Part shown: in pieces, positions 9,856 through 19,489 of the stretch
How positions within the stretch are numbered: position 1 is the stretch's first letter
How the letters are laid out: every line of letters starts with the position of its first letter
DNA from: Vulcanimicrobiota bacterium
Lineage (GTDB): Bacteria > Vulcanimicrobiota > Xenobia > Xenobiales > JADMJV01
NCBI GenBank assembly: GCA_050250895.1
Contig: JBFWNU010000002.1
Span: forward strand, 791,659-855,658
Direction of reading: 5' to 3'
Length of the DNA: 64,000 nt
The notes under the pieces: model-generated
Seen by the model: only the letters and a program-made list of their open reading frames with translations
What the model was told of the DNA's origin: nothing
Database searches by the model: none
Translations under genes and position numbers: made by a program

Positions 9856-11409
9856 TCAGGGCGCATCGACATCGAAGGGACGATCGAACTGGTTTACCCC
9901 GCTACCTTGGGTCCCGAAAACCGTCCAGTTACTTCCCGCCATGTCGTCGAAGCGGATGATCCGACTGTTGTCACTGTCGGCCACGAAAATCTGCCCGCCG
10001 GTGCCCACGTCCAGGCCGACCGGCCGTTGGAACTGGTTTATTCCATTACCCATTGATCCGAAAGTGACCCAGTTGGTCCCGGTCATGTCGTCAAAGCGGG
10101 CGATTCGGTGGTTCAGCCGGTCGGTCACATAGATGCGACCGCTGGCATCCAGGGCCACGTCGGCGAGAAGGAAGAACTGGTTCACCCCGGGGCCAACGGT
10201 CCCGAAGGTAGTCCAGTTCGTGCCGGTCATGTCGTCAAAGCGCACCAACCGGCTGTTGGACGTATCGGCTACGTAGATCCTTCCGGCCGCATCCAGAGCC
10301 AATCCGTTCGGTTCGTCGAACTGGTTGACGCCATTGCCGAGGGAGCCGAAGGTGGTCCAGTTGGTGCCGGTCAGGTCGTCCATCCTGACGATTCGGCTGT
10401 TGCCGCCATCCACGAGGTAAATCCGTCCCTGCCCATCCAGAGCCGGGCTAGTGGGGAAGCTGAACTCGTTCACGCGGTTTCCCGCGTCGCCCAGGCTGAG
10501 CAGGTTGGCCCCGGTGATGTCGTCCACGCGGCGGATCCTCGAGTCGGAGGCGGTGAAGTAGATTTTCCCCTGACCGTCTCGAGTCGAGTTGTAAGGACGG
10601 GCCGGCACGTCCAGGGTAGTCCAGTTGGACCCGTTCAGGTCGTCGAACTGCACCACCCGCCGATTGAGAGTGTCCCCGACCAGGATTCCCCTGAGCAGCC
10701 CGCCAAAGGCGTCGCTGGCCGCCATGATGCCGGTGTCGGAGGTGGCCACCAGGGTGTAGCCGGCACCTCCGCGGTCGAGGACGAGGTCTGGGAAGGTGGC
10801 CACGCCATCGGTGGTGGTGAGCTGAGTGGTTCCGCTCAAGGTGGTCCCACCCGGGTTGTTGCCGAGGGTGATGGTCACGGTGGCGTTGGTCAGGTTGCCA
10901 AAGGCATCCCTAGCCTCAACCTGCACCGGCGGATTGATCGGCTGGTTGACCTGCACGTTCGACGGCTGCACCAAGAAGGTTAGCTGGCCGGCGGTGGCCG
11001 GGGTGATCGCGAACGAGTTGCTGGTAGCGCCCTGGAGGCCCGGTGACGAGGCCACCAGAGTATAGCCGGTGCTCACCCGGTCGAGGCTGAGGTCGTTGAA
11101 AGTCGCTACCCCGTTGACCGCGTTCTGAGTCGTCGTCCCCGCCAGCGTTGCTCCGCCCGGGTTGGAGCCCAACGAGATGGTCACGGGGTTGGTGGCCTGA
11201 GTGACGACCTGGCCGTTTTGGTCAAGAATGGCCACCTGTAGATTGGGGATGGTCGTCCCGGCGGTCCGCTGCGGCTGGCTCAGGAAGCTCAGGCTCGTGG
11301 GGGGACTGACGGTCTGAGGCGCCCCAGTGGCACCATCTCCTCCCTCGCAGGCCAACAAGGCTAGAGCTAACAGCGCGCTGAGGGCTAACCGTTGTAATCT
11401 TTTGAGCAT
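9856..11409 (-). CDS. lipoprotein with two Ig-like repeats and NHL-repeat beta-propeller
   Basis: Lipobox LLAC; duplicated LxFLxQP...DxxGxx...GVATFxDL domains; repeated NQFxxPxGLALDxxGRIYVADxxNSRI. Confidence 0.85.
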   Translation of the reverse strand: MLKRLQRLALSALLALALLACEGGDGATGAPQTVSPPTSLSFLSQPQRTAGTTIPNLQVAILDQNGQVVTQATNPVTISLGSNPGGATLAGTTTQNAVNGVATFNDLSLDRVSTGYTLVASSPGLQGATSNSFAITPATAGQLTFLVQPSNVQVNQPINPPVQVEARDAFGNLTNATVTITLGNNPGGTTLSGTTQLTTTDGVATFPDLVLDRGGAGYTLVATSDTGIMAASDAFGGLLRGILVGDTLNRRVVQFDDLNGSNWTTLDVPARPYNSTRDGQGKIYFTASDSRIRRVDDITGANLLSLGDAGNRVNEFSFPTSPALDGQGRIYLVDGGNSRIVRMDDLTGTNWTTFGSLGNGVNQFDEPNGLALDAAGRIYVADTSNSRLVRFDDMTGTNWTTFGTVGPGVNQFFLLADVALDASGRIYVTDRLNHRIARFDDMTGTNWVTFGSMGNGINQFQRPVGLDVGTGGQIFVADSDNSRIIRFDDMAGSNWTVFGTQGSGVNQFDRPFDVDAP

Positions 11410-11488
11410 GGCGGAATTCCCCGGTGTCACAAGATCTGATACGATTTGTGTCTACGAGCCTGGGGTCCGCAAGACCTTTCGCCGGAAC

Positions 11489-11869
11489 CTACCCGGCTGT
11501 GGCAACCAGATATTGCTCGCGCTCGAATACGAAGGGGCCCAGCTGTCGATAGTCCCAATCCCGATGACTATGCGAGAAATCCCGCCAGGTCACGGCTTCA
11601 TCGCCTATCTGGATGATGAAGCTCAAATTCCAACAGCCCCAAGCGCCACACTCACAGAGCAAGCCGACGACTTCCTTGGCGCCACCTGAGGCGGCTAACT
11701 CCTTAGAAGTCTCGAAGACATCGCGGTAGAGGCCTGGACCATAAGATCCGGCGACCGAGGGAGTGCCGTCTTTCTTCGCCTGGGGAAGCTCCACTTCACG
11801 GAGCAGGTCGAGCAACCGCCGGCCGTCGATGAGGCATTCTTGTTCCACGATTTGAATCTTGTTTCGCAT
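11489..11869 (-). CDS. hypothetical protein with CxCGxxGCW motif
   Basis: Start reassigned to MRNKIQIV; LCECGAWGCW, VTWRDF, LGPFVFEREQY. Confidence 0.7.
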   Translation of the reverse strand: MRNKIQIVEQECLIDGRRLLDLLREVELPQAKKDGTPSVAGSYGPGLYRDVFETSKELAASGGAKEVVGLLCECGAWGCWNLSFIIQIGDEAVTWRDFSHSHRDWDYRQLGPFVFEREQYLVATAG

Positions 11870-11946
11870 CTCAGCTCGCCTTAGACTTCTAATATTACCC
11901 GCCGGGATCAGCCCCCAAACCCGGACGACGAAGCGCCCTTTCCCTG

Positions 11947-11981
11947 AAAAAAAAGGAGGCGGACGATGGCTCGTCCGCCTC
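11947..11981 (-). terminator. intrinsic terminator
   Basis: On minus strand GAGGCGGACGA-GCCA-TCGTCCGCCTC followed by C and T8. Confidence 0.85.
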
Positions 11982-12060
11982 GCTGCATATCCGCAGTCAG
12001 TTGCCGCGGCCACGCCGCGGCTCCCAACTCTGTAGCACCACCGTCTGTCGACCCGTCTAA

Positions 12061-12681
12061 CTACGGCCGGTGGGTGCAAATCATCTTGTGGGCGTTGCAA
12101 TAGTGGGCCGGGTAGTTGTATTGGTTCGGGTTGTTGTTGCCGTATTGGCCGTTGTGGTTGCCACGGTTTCCGTTATTGTGCTTGTGGTGACCGCGGCCAT
12201 TCTGATTACGATGACGCTTGTCGTGCCGGTCGTTGTCATCGCACTGGCCCTGGTTGCCCTGGTAACCCCCGTTGTAGTTGCCGTTGCCATATTGGGGGTG
12301 GCTGCAATACTGGTTGTGCTGGTTGCAGTAATAGTGGCCGGGTGGGGGGCCGCCGTAGTTGCCCTGGTTATTGCTGTATTGCGCGTGGTTGCAATACTGG
12401 TTGTGCTGGTTGCAGTAGTAGAAACCGGGCGGTGGGCCGTTGTTGCCCTGGTTATTGTTGCAGTTGCCCTGGTTGTTGTTGCCGTATTGGGCATGGTTGC
12501 AATACTGGTTGTGCTGGCTGCAGTAGTAGAACCCTGGCGGGGCCTGATTCTGATGGGACTGCGTATTGCGGCCGCCGTTGATGAGTCGGTCGAGGCGTTG
12601 GAGAACGTTTGTCTGCGCCGACGCGCTACCGGACATCATCGCGACCACCATAGCCAGGACGGCTAATCGACGAACGATCAT
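12061..12681 (-). CDS. secreted Asn/Gln/Gly/Tyr-rich protein with Cys-His repeats
   Basis: GGAGG RBS, signal peptide ending ASA, three PPGxYYCxQHNQYCxHxQY repeats plus a C-terminal HYCNAHKMICTH. Confidence 0.85.
   Translation of the reverse strand: MIVRRLAVLAMVVAMMSGSASAQTNVLQRLDRLINGGRNTQSHQNQAPPGFYYCSQHNQYCNHAQYGNNNQGNCNNNQGNNGPPPGFYYCNQHNQYCNHAQYSNNQGNYGGPPPGHYYCNQHNQYCSHPQYGNGNYNGGYQGNQGQCDDNDRHDKRHRNQNGRGHHKHNNGNRGNHNGQYGNNNPNQYNYPAHYCNAHKMICTHRP
12290..12543 (-). repeat. three ~60-bp intragenic repeats
   Basis: GCAATACTGGTTGTGCTGG(T/C)TGCAGTA(G/A)TA occurs three times. Confidence 0.9.
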
Positions 12682-12760
12682 GTCCTAACCTCCGAGACTG
12701 GTGATCTCCTGACCCATGGGTCAGGGTGGTTCCATCTTACCGGCCCAAGCCGAAGCCCAC

Positions 12761-12777
12761 ATGACAGCCTGTGACAG
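12761..12777 (-). promoter_or_regulatory. CTGTCA direct repeat, possible OmpR/PhoB-family activator site
   Basis: Minus strand CTGTCAC-AGG-CTGTCAT, 21 nt upstream of TAAGAT (-10-like) ahead of the 12681 gene. Confidence 0.4.
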
Positions 12778-12781
12778 GCGG

Positions 12782-14554
12782 CTAGAACAGGTAAAGCAGG
12801 CCTAACAGGATGATGGCATAGAGAGCGCTCAGACCGATCGGGAGGGCGGTACGCTCCAGGCGACGATAGGCTCGTTCTTGCCAGGCCTCGACCTGGGCGG
12901 GAGTGCGGGACAAGCGCAGGGCGAGCGCTGCCAGAGGGACTACGAAGCCCCCCAGGCCGTGACGCAGGCGGGCTCGTAGCGGCAGCAGGAAGTTGCGCAT
13001 GACGGCCGTGTCGGCGGCCTCGTTGAGGTCGTTGAGGGAGCGATCGCAGAGCCCATAGAACAGGCGCGAACCCTTGCGATAGAACCAGTCGAAATCGAGG
13101 TTGATGACGCGTTTTTCGGCCGGGTCAAAGCCGCCCAGCAGCATCAGGCCAAAGGCCAGCCCGGCGAAGGAGAGGAGCTGCAACTGTTCGAGAATGTGGC
13201 CGCCCGTGTAGGGCTGGTAGTCGACGGCGTAGGGCACGATACGATAGACGGTCTGGTAGGGAAAGCATCCGATCACCACGCAGGCTGCGGCCGATAGACC
13301 CATGGCTGCCAGCATCGGGGCTGGCGCCTCTTTGACCCGGTGGCCGGCGTCGTGGCTGAAGAAGGTGAAAAAGGGAATCTTGATGCCGGCATGGTGGAGC
13401 ACCCCGGCCGAGGCGAAGACCAGGGCGAACCAGACCACAATGTGATGCTCTTCGGCGGCGCTGCTGACGATCAGCGACTTCGAGACAAAACCCGAGAAGC
13501 CCGGCACCGCCGAGATCGAGGCCGCGCCTACCAGGCAGAAGGCGCAACTCCACGGCATGCTTTTGTAGAGGCCACCCAGGCCGGTGCAATTGGCGGTGCC
13601 GGTGCGCAGCATGGCCGCACCCACCGCCATGAAGAGCAGGCCTTTGAAGAGAATGTCGTTGAAGGCGTGGGCGATGGCTCCGTTGACGGCCAGGTGGGTG
13701 CCGATGCCGATGCCCACCACCATGAAGCCCACCTGGTTGACCATGCTGTAGGCCAGCACTCGTCGCAGGTCGTTTTCGATCACGGCATAGAAGATCGGGA
13801 AGACGGTCATCACGGCCCCGATGTAGATAAGTGGCTCGGCCCCCTCGAAGCAGCGGGCCAGGGCGTAGACGGCCGTCTTGGTGGTGAAGGCCGACAGGAA
13901 GATGATGCCGCCGATGGTGGCCTCGGGATAGGCGTCGGTCACCCAGGTGTGCAGCAGCGGCCAGGCGCAGTTGAGGCCAAGACCGAGGAAGATGGCCCAG
14001 GCTCCGGGCGCGGCCAGGCCGATCGGACCCATGCGACTGGTGCCGGTGGCCGTGATGTAGCTCAACAGCCCATAGAGCAGCAGCAGTCCGCCCGCAAAGT
14101 GCAGCAAGAGATAGCGCACCGCCGCCGCCCGGGCCTTGTCGGTCTGGCGGTTGAGAATCAGGAAGGTGGCTGCCAGCCCGAGCACTTCCCAGTAGGCATA
14201 GAAGCTGAAATAGTCGCCGGCCGTAACCGCGCCCACGGCGGCCCCGGCATAGACCAGGCCGGTCGTGAACTCGACATCGTTATCGAAGTGAAAGCAGTAG
14301 AGCAGCGCGATCAGGGCCACGACGTGGAAGATGAGTACGAAAGCGCGACTGAGCGGGTCGATGCGAGCCAGGATCAGCTGCTGACCGAGAAAGTCGTAGA
14401 CGCCCATGTCGACGCCGGGCTGCAGCTGCCAGACGTTGTACAGGCTGGCCAGGGGTAGGGCCAGGAGATAGGCCTTCTTGATAGCGCCTTTGAGGAAAGG
14501 GACCAGGGCCGCTCCCAGCATCATGACCAGGGCGGGCAGGACGACTTCATTCAT
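12782..14554 (-). CDS. mnhD: Na+/H+ antiporter subunit D-type (third MrpD/NuoL-like)
   Basis: YWEVLG, PLLHTWVTDAYPEA, FTTKTAV, RRVLAYSMVNQVG. Confidence 0.88.
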   Translation of the reverse strand: MNEVVLPALVMMLGAALVPFLKGAIKKAYLLALPLASLYNVWQLQPGVDMGVYDFLGQQLILARIDPLSRAFVLIFHVVALIALLYCFHFDNDVEFTTGLVYAGAAVGAVTAGDYFSFYAYWEVLGLAATFLILNRQTDKARAAAVRYLLLHFAGGLLLLYGLLSYITATGTSRMGPIGLAAPGAWAIFLGLGLNCAWPLLHTWVTDAYPEATIGGIIFLSAFTTKTAVYALARCFEGAEPLIYIGAVMTVFPIFYAVIENDLRRVLAYSMVNQVGFMVVGIGIGTHLAVNGAIAHAFNDILFKGLLFMAVGAAMLRTGTANCTGLGGLYKSMPWSCAFCLVGAASISAVPGFSGFVSKSLIVSSAAEEHHIVVWFALVFASAGVLHHAGIKIPFFTFFSHDAGHRVKEAPAPMLAAMGLSAAACVVIGCFPYQTVYRIVPYAVDYQPYTGGHILEQLQLLSFAGLAFGLMLLGGFDPAEKRVINLDFDWFYRKGSRLFYGLCDRSLNDLNEAADTAVMRNFLLPLRARLRHGLGGFVVPLAALALRLSRTPAQVEAWQERAYRRLERTALPIGLSALYAIILLGLLYLF

Positions 14555-14750
14555 AGTAGTCCTCCTCTCGCTCCACCAGCGGTCGCAGGCAGTGCTTGGA
14601 GATCAAGACCAGCAGGGCGTAAGCCACGAAGCTATAGACGGCATAGAAGCCGGGCCAGCTTTCCCAGGCGAAATGGGGATGCCGCTCGACCAGCGGGTCG
14701 GCCAGCAAAAGCAGCGCGCACAGGGCGAAGAGCGCATAGAGAAACCTCAT
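14547..14750 (-). CDS. small membrane protein of Mrp operon
   Basis: 67 aa, two TM, HF-WE-WPGFYAVY...REEDYYE; overlaps neighbours. Confidence 0.8.
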   Translation of the reverse strand: MRFLYALFALCALLLLADPLVERHPHFAWESWPGFYAVYSFVAYALLVLISKHCLRPLVEREEDYYE

Positions 14751-14884
14751 AAGTGGCTCCAGCTAGAGACCAGGATGACGATGAGATAGAGGCTGGTCAG
14801 TCCGAAGATGATGCGAAAGACGGTGGGGTAGGGCTCGACTACGTCATGCTGGAGCACTTTCGGTTCACCATTAGACACGTCCAT
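14747..14884 (-). CDS. small single-TM protein of Mrp operon, 45 aa (not in ORF track)
   Basis: TGATG and ATGA overlaps on both sides; MDVSNGEPKVLQHDVVEPYPTVFRIIFGLTSLYLIVILVSSWSHL. Confidence 0.72.
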   Translation of the reverse strand: MDVSNGEPKVLQHDVVEPYPTVFRIIFGLTSLYLIVILVSSWSHL

Positions 14885-16323
14885 CAGGCACCTCCCGCCC
14901 CAAAAAGCTGGGCTAGCTGTAAGAATGGTTGAGGATAGAAGAAGAGCAATAGCGAGAGGGCGGCCGTGATGACCGGTGGGACCAGGCAGAACGTGGGCGC
15001 CTCGCCGTGTTCGGGGCTGCCTTCAGGCACGGGGCGGAAGTAGGCTCGATAGACGATAGGAAAAAGCGTGCAGGCCTTGAGAAACGAGCTGGCCAGGATG
15101 CACATGGCCGCTCCCGTGAGCCCGGCCTGGAGGGTTCCCTGGAGGATGAGCCACTTGGAGAGAAAGCCGCCCGTGGGCGGCACGCCCACGATCGAGAGGC
15201 TGCCGATAAAGAAACAGGCCATGGTCAAAGGCATGCGGCGACCGATGCCATCGAGTTGGCTGATGTTCTTCTTCTTGCTGGCCACGTAGATGGCTCCGGC
15301 GCAGAAGAAGAGAGTGATCTTTCCGAACGCGTGCATGGCGATGTGGAGGGTTCCGCCGGTGATGCCCGCGGGCTGCAGGGTGGCCACTCCCAGCACGATG
15401 TAAGCCAATTGACCGATGGTGGAAAAGGCCAGGCAGCGCTTGAGATTGTCCTGGGTGAGCATCATCAGGGCGGCGGTCAACACGGTGGTGGCCGTGATAG
15501 CGCACAGGTAGCGATCGGCGCCCATCAGGCTGAGCAAGTCGGTTCCGTAGATACCGCTGAGCACCCGGATGATCGAGAAGACGCCGACCTTGACCACGGC
15601 CACGGCGTGCAGCAGCGAGCTGACCGGCGTAGGTGCCACCATGGCGTTGGGCAACCAGGAGTGGACCGGCATGATGGCCGCTTTGGAGAAGCCGAACACG
15701 AAGGCCAGCAGGACCAGAGCTCGGAACGTGTCCGATCCACCCAGGTGAAGGGCCGAGAATTCGAGGCTGCCGGTGTTGACGAAGACGGCGCACATGGCCG
15801 GAAAGACCAGGGCCACCGAGCCCCCCAAGACATAGGCCAGATACTTGCGCCCCGAGGCCACCGCCTCGGCGTCGCGATGATGGGTGACCAGGGGAAAGGT
15901 CGAGAAGGTCAGCAGCTCATAGAACAGATAGAGGGTGAGCAGGTTGCCGGCCATGGCTACTCCCATGGTGGCTGCGATGGCCACCGCGAAGAAGCAATAG
16001 TAGCGCGTCTGGTCGTGCTCGTGCAGGCCGCGCATGTAGCCGATCGAATAGGCGCTGGTCACCAGCCACAGGCTCGAGGCCACCAGGGCGAACAAGAGAC
16101 CCAGGCCGTCGAGACGCAGACTCAACCAGAGGTTAGGAAACAGCTCGACCAGGTTTTGGTGAGGCACGAGCCCCCGCAATACCGGGTCGAGCTGGGTCAA
16201 AACCAGTCCCAGCAGCAAGAAGCCGGCCCCAAACGTGCAGGCCTCGCGCGCGTTGGGGCTCTTGCGTAAAGCCAGGATGCCGGGCACGGCCAGCAACGAG
16301 GCGCACAAGATGAATATCAGCAT
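14884..16323 (-). CDS. mnhD: Na+/H+ antiporter subunit D-type
   Basis: LFYELLT, KAAIMPVHSWLPNAMVAPTPVSSLLHAVAVVKVG; TGATG overlap start. Confidence 0.9.
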   Translation of the reverse strand: MLIFILCASLLAVPGILALRKSPNAREACTFGAGFLLLGLVLTQLDPVLRGLVPHQNLVELFPNLWLSLRLDGLGLLFALVASSLWLVTSAYSIGYMRGLHEHDQTRYYCFFAVAIAATMGVAMAGNLLTLYLFYELLTFSTFPLVTHHRDAEAVASGRKYLAYVLGGSVALVFPAMCAVFVNTGSLEFSALHLGGSDTFRALVLLAFVFGFSKAAIMPVHSWLPNAMVAPTPVSSLLHAVAVVKVGVFSIIRVLSGIYGTDLLSLMGADRYLCAITATTVLTAALMMLTQDNLKRCLAFSTIGQLAYIVLGVATLQPAGITGGTLHIAMHAFGKITLFFCAGAIYVASKKKNISQLDGIGRRMPLTMACFFIGSLSIVGVPPTGGFLSKWLILQGTLQAGLTGAAMCILASSFLKACTLFPIVYRAYFRPVPEGSPEHGEAPTFCLVPPVITAALSLLLFFYPQPFLQLAQLFGAGGA

Positions 16324-17768
16324 CAACCGGGCACCACCGGCAGCACGAAGTGGGTGATGACCGCGTTCGAGAAGATGCCCAGAGCTAACAAGGCAACTCC
16401 GACTCCGGCCAGGGTGAGGCTCATGGACCAGGGGGCTTCGCCGCGTTTTTCACCGTCAGGAGCATAGAGGCAGCTCTCGAAGATTCGCAAGAACAGGGCG
16501 GCGTTGCAAAGACTGGCGGTCAGCAGCGCGATGGCGAATTCGGGGTGGCCAGCCTGGATGGCTCCGCTCACCAGATAGAACTTGCTGATGAAGCCGCTGG
16601 TGGGTGGCACTCCCACCACTCCCATAGCGCAGATCAACAGGACCGTGGCCGTGACCGGCATGCGTCGAAAGAGCTGTCCGACCTGATCGAAGTTGCGCAC
16701 CTCGAGGCGATAGATGATGTTACCCGTGATCATGAACAGGGCCAGGGTGACCATGGCGTCGTTGACCAGGTGGAAGATGGCGCCGGTCAGGCCCAAGGTG
16801 TTACCTAGCCAGACGCCGCCCGCCATATAACCGGCCTCGGCCACGATGATACAGCTGAAGGCCTTTTTCAGGTCGCGTTTGGATAGCGCCATCAAGGACC
16901 CGCCCACGATGCCGACGGAGGCCAGAAAGACCAGCAAGCCGGCCCATCGGGCCGTAAATTGATGACCGAAGATCGAGAGCATCATGCGAATCATGATATA
17001 GACCGACACCTTGGTCGACAGCGGGCCCACCAGCGAACTGGTGGCGTTCGGGGCATAGGTGTAGGCGTTGGGCAGCCAGGCGTGGAGGGGAAAGAGGGCC
17101 ATTTTGAGCAGAGCCCCCACCAGCATCAGACCAAAACCCACCAGGACCGAATCGCTGGCCGGCAGGGTTTTGAGGATCTGGTGCAGGTCGGCCATGTTGA
17201 GCGAGCCGGTCTTGATGTAGAGATAGCCGACCCCCAACAAATAGAACGAAGCTCCGATGGTGCCCATGATGATGTAGTGAAAAGTGGCCAGATAGGCTCG
17301 GCCGCCGCCCAGGGCAATGAGCCCATAGGTGGACAGCGACGAGATTTCGAGCATCACGTACAAGTTGAAAGCGTCGCCGGTCAGGCTGATCCCCATCAGA
17401 GAAGTCACCAGCAGCAGGGCCAGAGCGTAAAACTGGGGGGCTTTGTGGCCGATCTCCTTTTCCACCAGCGGGGCCGAGTGCAGCAGGCTGACCCAGGCCA
17501 GCACCGCGATCAACACCGTCATCAAAGCCGAGAGCCCGTCCACGATCAGCTCGATTCCCAGAGGCATCGGCCAACCGCTCACGTGGTAGTGGACGGCGCC
17601 GTGCTCGATAGCCTGTTGGGCCGCGCCCAGGGCGATGGCGACCTCGGCGGTAAGCGCCGCCTGGGCCAGCGGATAAGCGGCTCTCTGACCCAGCCAGAGC
17701 CCGGCCAGGTGAGCCGCAAAGGCCGACAGCAGGGGCACGACCACCAGCAAGACGGGAAGATGGCTCAT
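16323..17768 (-). CDS. mnhD: Na+/H+ antiporter subunit D
   Basis: GIELIVDGL, TGDAFNLYVMLEI, KMALFPLHAWLPNAY. Confidence 0.92.
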   Translation of the reverse strand: MSHLPVLLVVVPLLSAFAAHLAGLWLGQRAAYPLAQAALTAEVAIALGAAQQAIEHGAVHYHVSGWPMPLGIELIVDGLSALMTVLIAVLAWVSLLHSAPLVEKEIGHKAPQFYALALLLVTSLMGISLTGDAFNLYVMLEISSLSTYGLIALGGGRAYLATFHYIIMGTIGASFYLLGVGYLYIKTGSLNMADLHQILKTLPASDSVLVGFGLMLVGALLKMALFPLHAWLPNAYTYAPNATSSLVGPLSTKVSVYIMIRMMLSIFGHQFTARWAGLLVFLASVGIVGGSLMALSKRDLKKAFSCIIVAEAGYMAGGVWLGNTLGLTGAIFHLVNDAMVTLALFMITGNIIYRLEVRNFDQVGQLFRRMPVTATVLLICAMGVVGVPPTSGFISKFYLVSGAIQAGHPEFAIALLTASLCNAALFLRIFESCLYAPDGEKRGEAPWSMSLTLAGVGVALLALGIFSNAVITHFVLPVVPG

Positions 17769-18142
17769 CGGGTAAGCTGCTCCAGGATCTCGCTCTCTTC
17801 GGTGGTTCCATAAAGATTGTAGATCTGTTGGATCAAAGCCAGAGCAACCCCCACTGTGGCTACGCCCACCACGATGGCGGTCAGCATCAGCACGTGAGGT
17901 AGAGGGTTGATATAGTCGGCCGCATGGACCACCGCGTGGCCACCGTGGTGAGCATCGATGATGGGGATGTTGGCGTTCTGCTTGCGGCCGATCGAAACAT
18001 AGAACAGGATCATGGCGGTTTGGAAGATGGACAGACCGATGAGCTTCTTGACCAGATTGTCCTTGGCCACGGCCCCGTACAGCCCGACCATCAGCAATAC
18101 GATGTAGGCCCAGTAGATGAACTTATGAATGAAGAACTCCAC
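17765..18142 (-). CDS. mnhC: Na+/H+ antiporter subunit C
   Basis: NLVKKLIGL, NPLPHVLMLTAIVVG. Confidence 0.92.
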   Translation of the reverse strand: MEFFIHKFIYWAYIVLLMVGLYGAVAKDNLVKKLIGLSIFQTAMILFYVSIGRKQNANIPIIDAHHGGHAVVHAADYINPLPHVLMLTAIVVGVATVGVALALIQQIYNLYGTTEESEILEQLTR

Positions 18143-18907
18143 TTAGAGACCCTCATCCTGACGGCCGCCCGAAGCAAGATCCACGTAAAGAAAGAAGATG
18201 ACCGAGCAGACGGTCAGCGTCACGCCGCACTCGACCCCCAGGATGCCTAGCGAGTGGCACTGGGCGGCCGAGACCCCCAGCAACGGCTGCAAGGCTTCGT
18301 ACTCGAAAAAATTGCCCCCCATGCACAGACAAATCACGCCGACGCCGGCATAGATGATGACGCCTACGGCCGCCAGTGTCAGAAAGATCTGGCGGGGAAA
18401 CTTCGACAGGGCAGTCTTGAGATCGAAGGCTATGGCCAGGAGGATGTAGCTCGAGGCCATGATCACTCCGGCTTGAAAGCCTCCGCCCGGACTGTGGTGG
18501 CCGTGGGCCAGCACATAGAGGGCAAAGAGCTGAATGATTGGAAAAAGAATGCGACAGCTAATCTCGATGACCAGGTCGCGGGGCGGCGTGACCGTCTCGA
18601 GCCTCTCGGGCTCGGGATTGCGGTAGCGGGCCAGCGGCGCCAGGGGGACGCCCAGAAACAACACCACCGCACAGCCGGCCGTGAAGACCACGCTGGTCTC
18701 GAGCATCGTGTCGTAGTTTCTGTAGTCGGCCAGAATGGCCGAGACCAGGTTGGGTACATCCGTCTTTTCGTAGGCCTCTTCAATGTAGGTCGGCGAGATG
18801 TGGCGATTGGCCGGCGAGTTGGGGTCGCCCCAATCGGGAAAATCGCCCGACGCGTAGAGCAGCAGGGCACCGACGAAGACACAGACGATAAAAGCGACTC
18901 GCCTCAT
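18143..18907 (-). CDS. mnhB: Na+/H+ antiporter subunit B (MnhB domain)
   Basis: PNLVSAILADYRNYDTMLE, HGHHSPGGGFQAG; start MRRVAF at 18907. Confidence 0.9.
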   Translation of the reverse strand: MRRVAFIVCVFVGALLLYASGDFPDWGDPNSPANRHISPTYIEEAYEKTDVPNLVSAILADYRNYDTMLETSVVFTAGCAVVLFLGVPLAPLARYRNPEPERLETVTPPRDLVIEISCRILFPIIQLFALYVLAHGHHSPGGGFQAGVIMASSYILLAIAFDLKTALSKFPRQIFLTLAAVGVIIYAGVGVICLCMGGNFFEYEALQPLLGVSAAQCHSLGILGVECGVTLTVCSVIFFLYVDLASGGRQDEGL

Positions 18908-19146
18908 TTGGAACTCTTTCGCGAGGTTCGCAGGATGGTGGCGAGAAAGAAGACGGTGCTGGCTCCCGCTCCGACGGCCGCCTCGGTGAAGGCTACGTCC
19001 ACCGCGCCCAGAGTGGCGTAGACGATGCACATCAAGAAGCTGTAAGCCCCCAGGATGATGGTCGAGGTCAGCAAACATTCGCCTTCGAGAGCGGCGATGG
19101 CGGTCACGATCACGAAGATCATGAGGAAAACGTCAAGAATCCACAT
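18904..19146 (-). CDS. Mrp/Mnh DUF4040 (MbhD-like) subunit
   Basis: LGAVDVAFTEAAVGAG motif. Confidence 0.88.
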   Translation of the reverse strand: MWILDVFLMIFVIVTAIAALEGECLLTSTIILGAYSFLMCIVYATLGAVDVAFTEAAVGAGASTVFFLATILRTSRKSSK

Positions 19147-19489
19147 CGGCGGCCTCCTCTGCGGCGGATTGCCGAACCCACGGGGTGAATCCGGCCTGGT
19201 AGCCGGCCTCGATCAGAGCATGCGAAGCGGTGGGGCTGGCCACAAACACAAAGGCGACGATGAAAAGGAACTTCAGGCATAAGAGCACCTCGCCCACGTC
19301 GATATGGCGAAGGGCGTGAATGGCGAAGGCGCTCAGCAAGAGCATTGACGAGAGAGTGTCGCCCTTGGCGGCGCCGTGCATGCGAGTGTAGAAATCGGGC
19401 AGACGCATGACTCCCAATACCGTGCCTAGAAAGAAAAGCAGGCCTCCGGCCAGGAAGGCGATGACCAGCAGATCGACCGGGCCCGGCAT
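19133..19489 (-). CDS. mnhG: Na+/H+ antiporter subunit G
   Basis: RLPDFYTRMHGAAKGDT, SPTASHAL. Confidence 0.92.
   Translation of the reverse strand: MPGPVDLLVIAFLAGGLLFFLGTVLGVMRLPDFYTRMHGAAKGDTLSSMLLLSAFAIHALRHIDVGEVLLCLKFLFIVAFVFVASPTASHALIEAGYQAGFTPWVRQSAAEEAADVDS

Noticed and set aside
12290-12543. Spaced direct repeats resembling a CRISPR array
   Set aside because: In-frame coding repeats within an ORF; no cas genes in window
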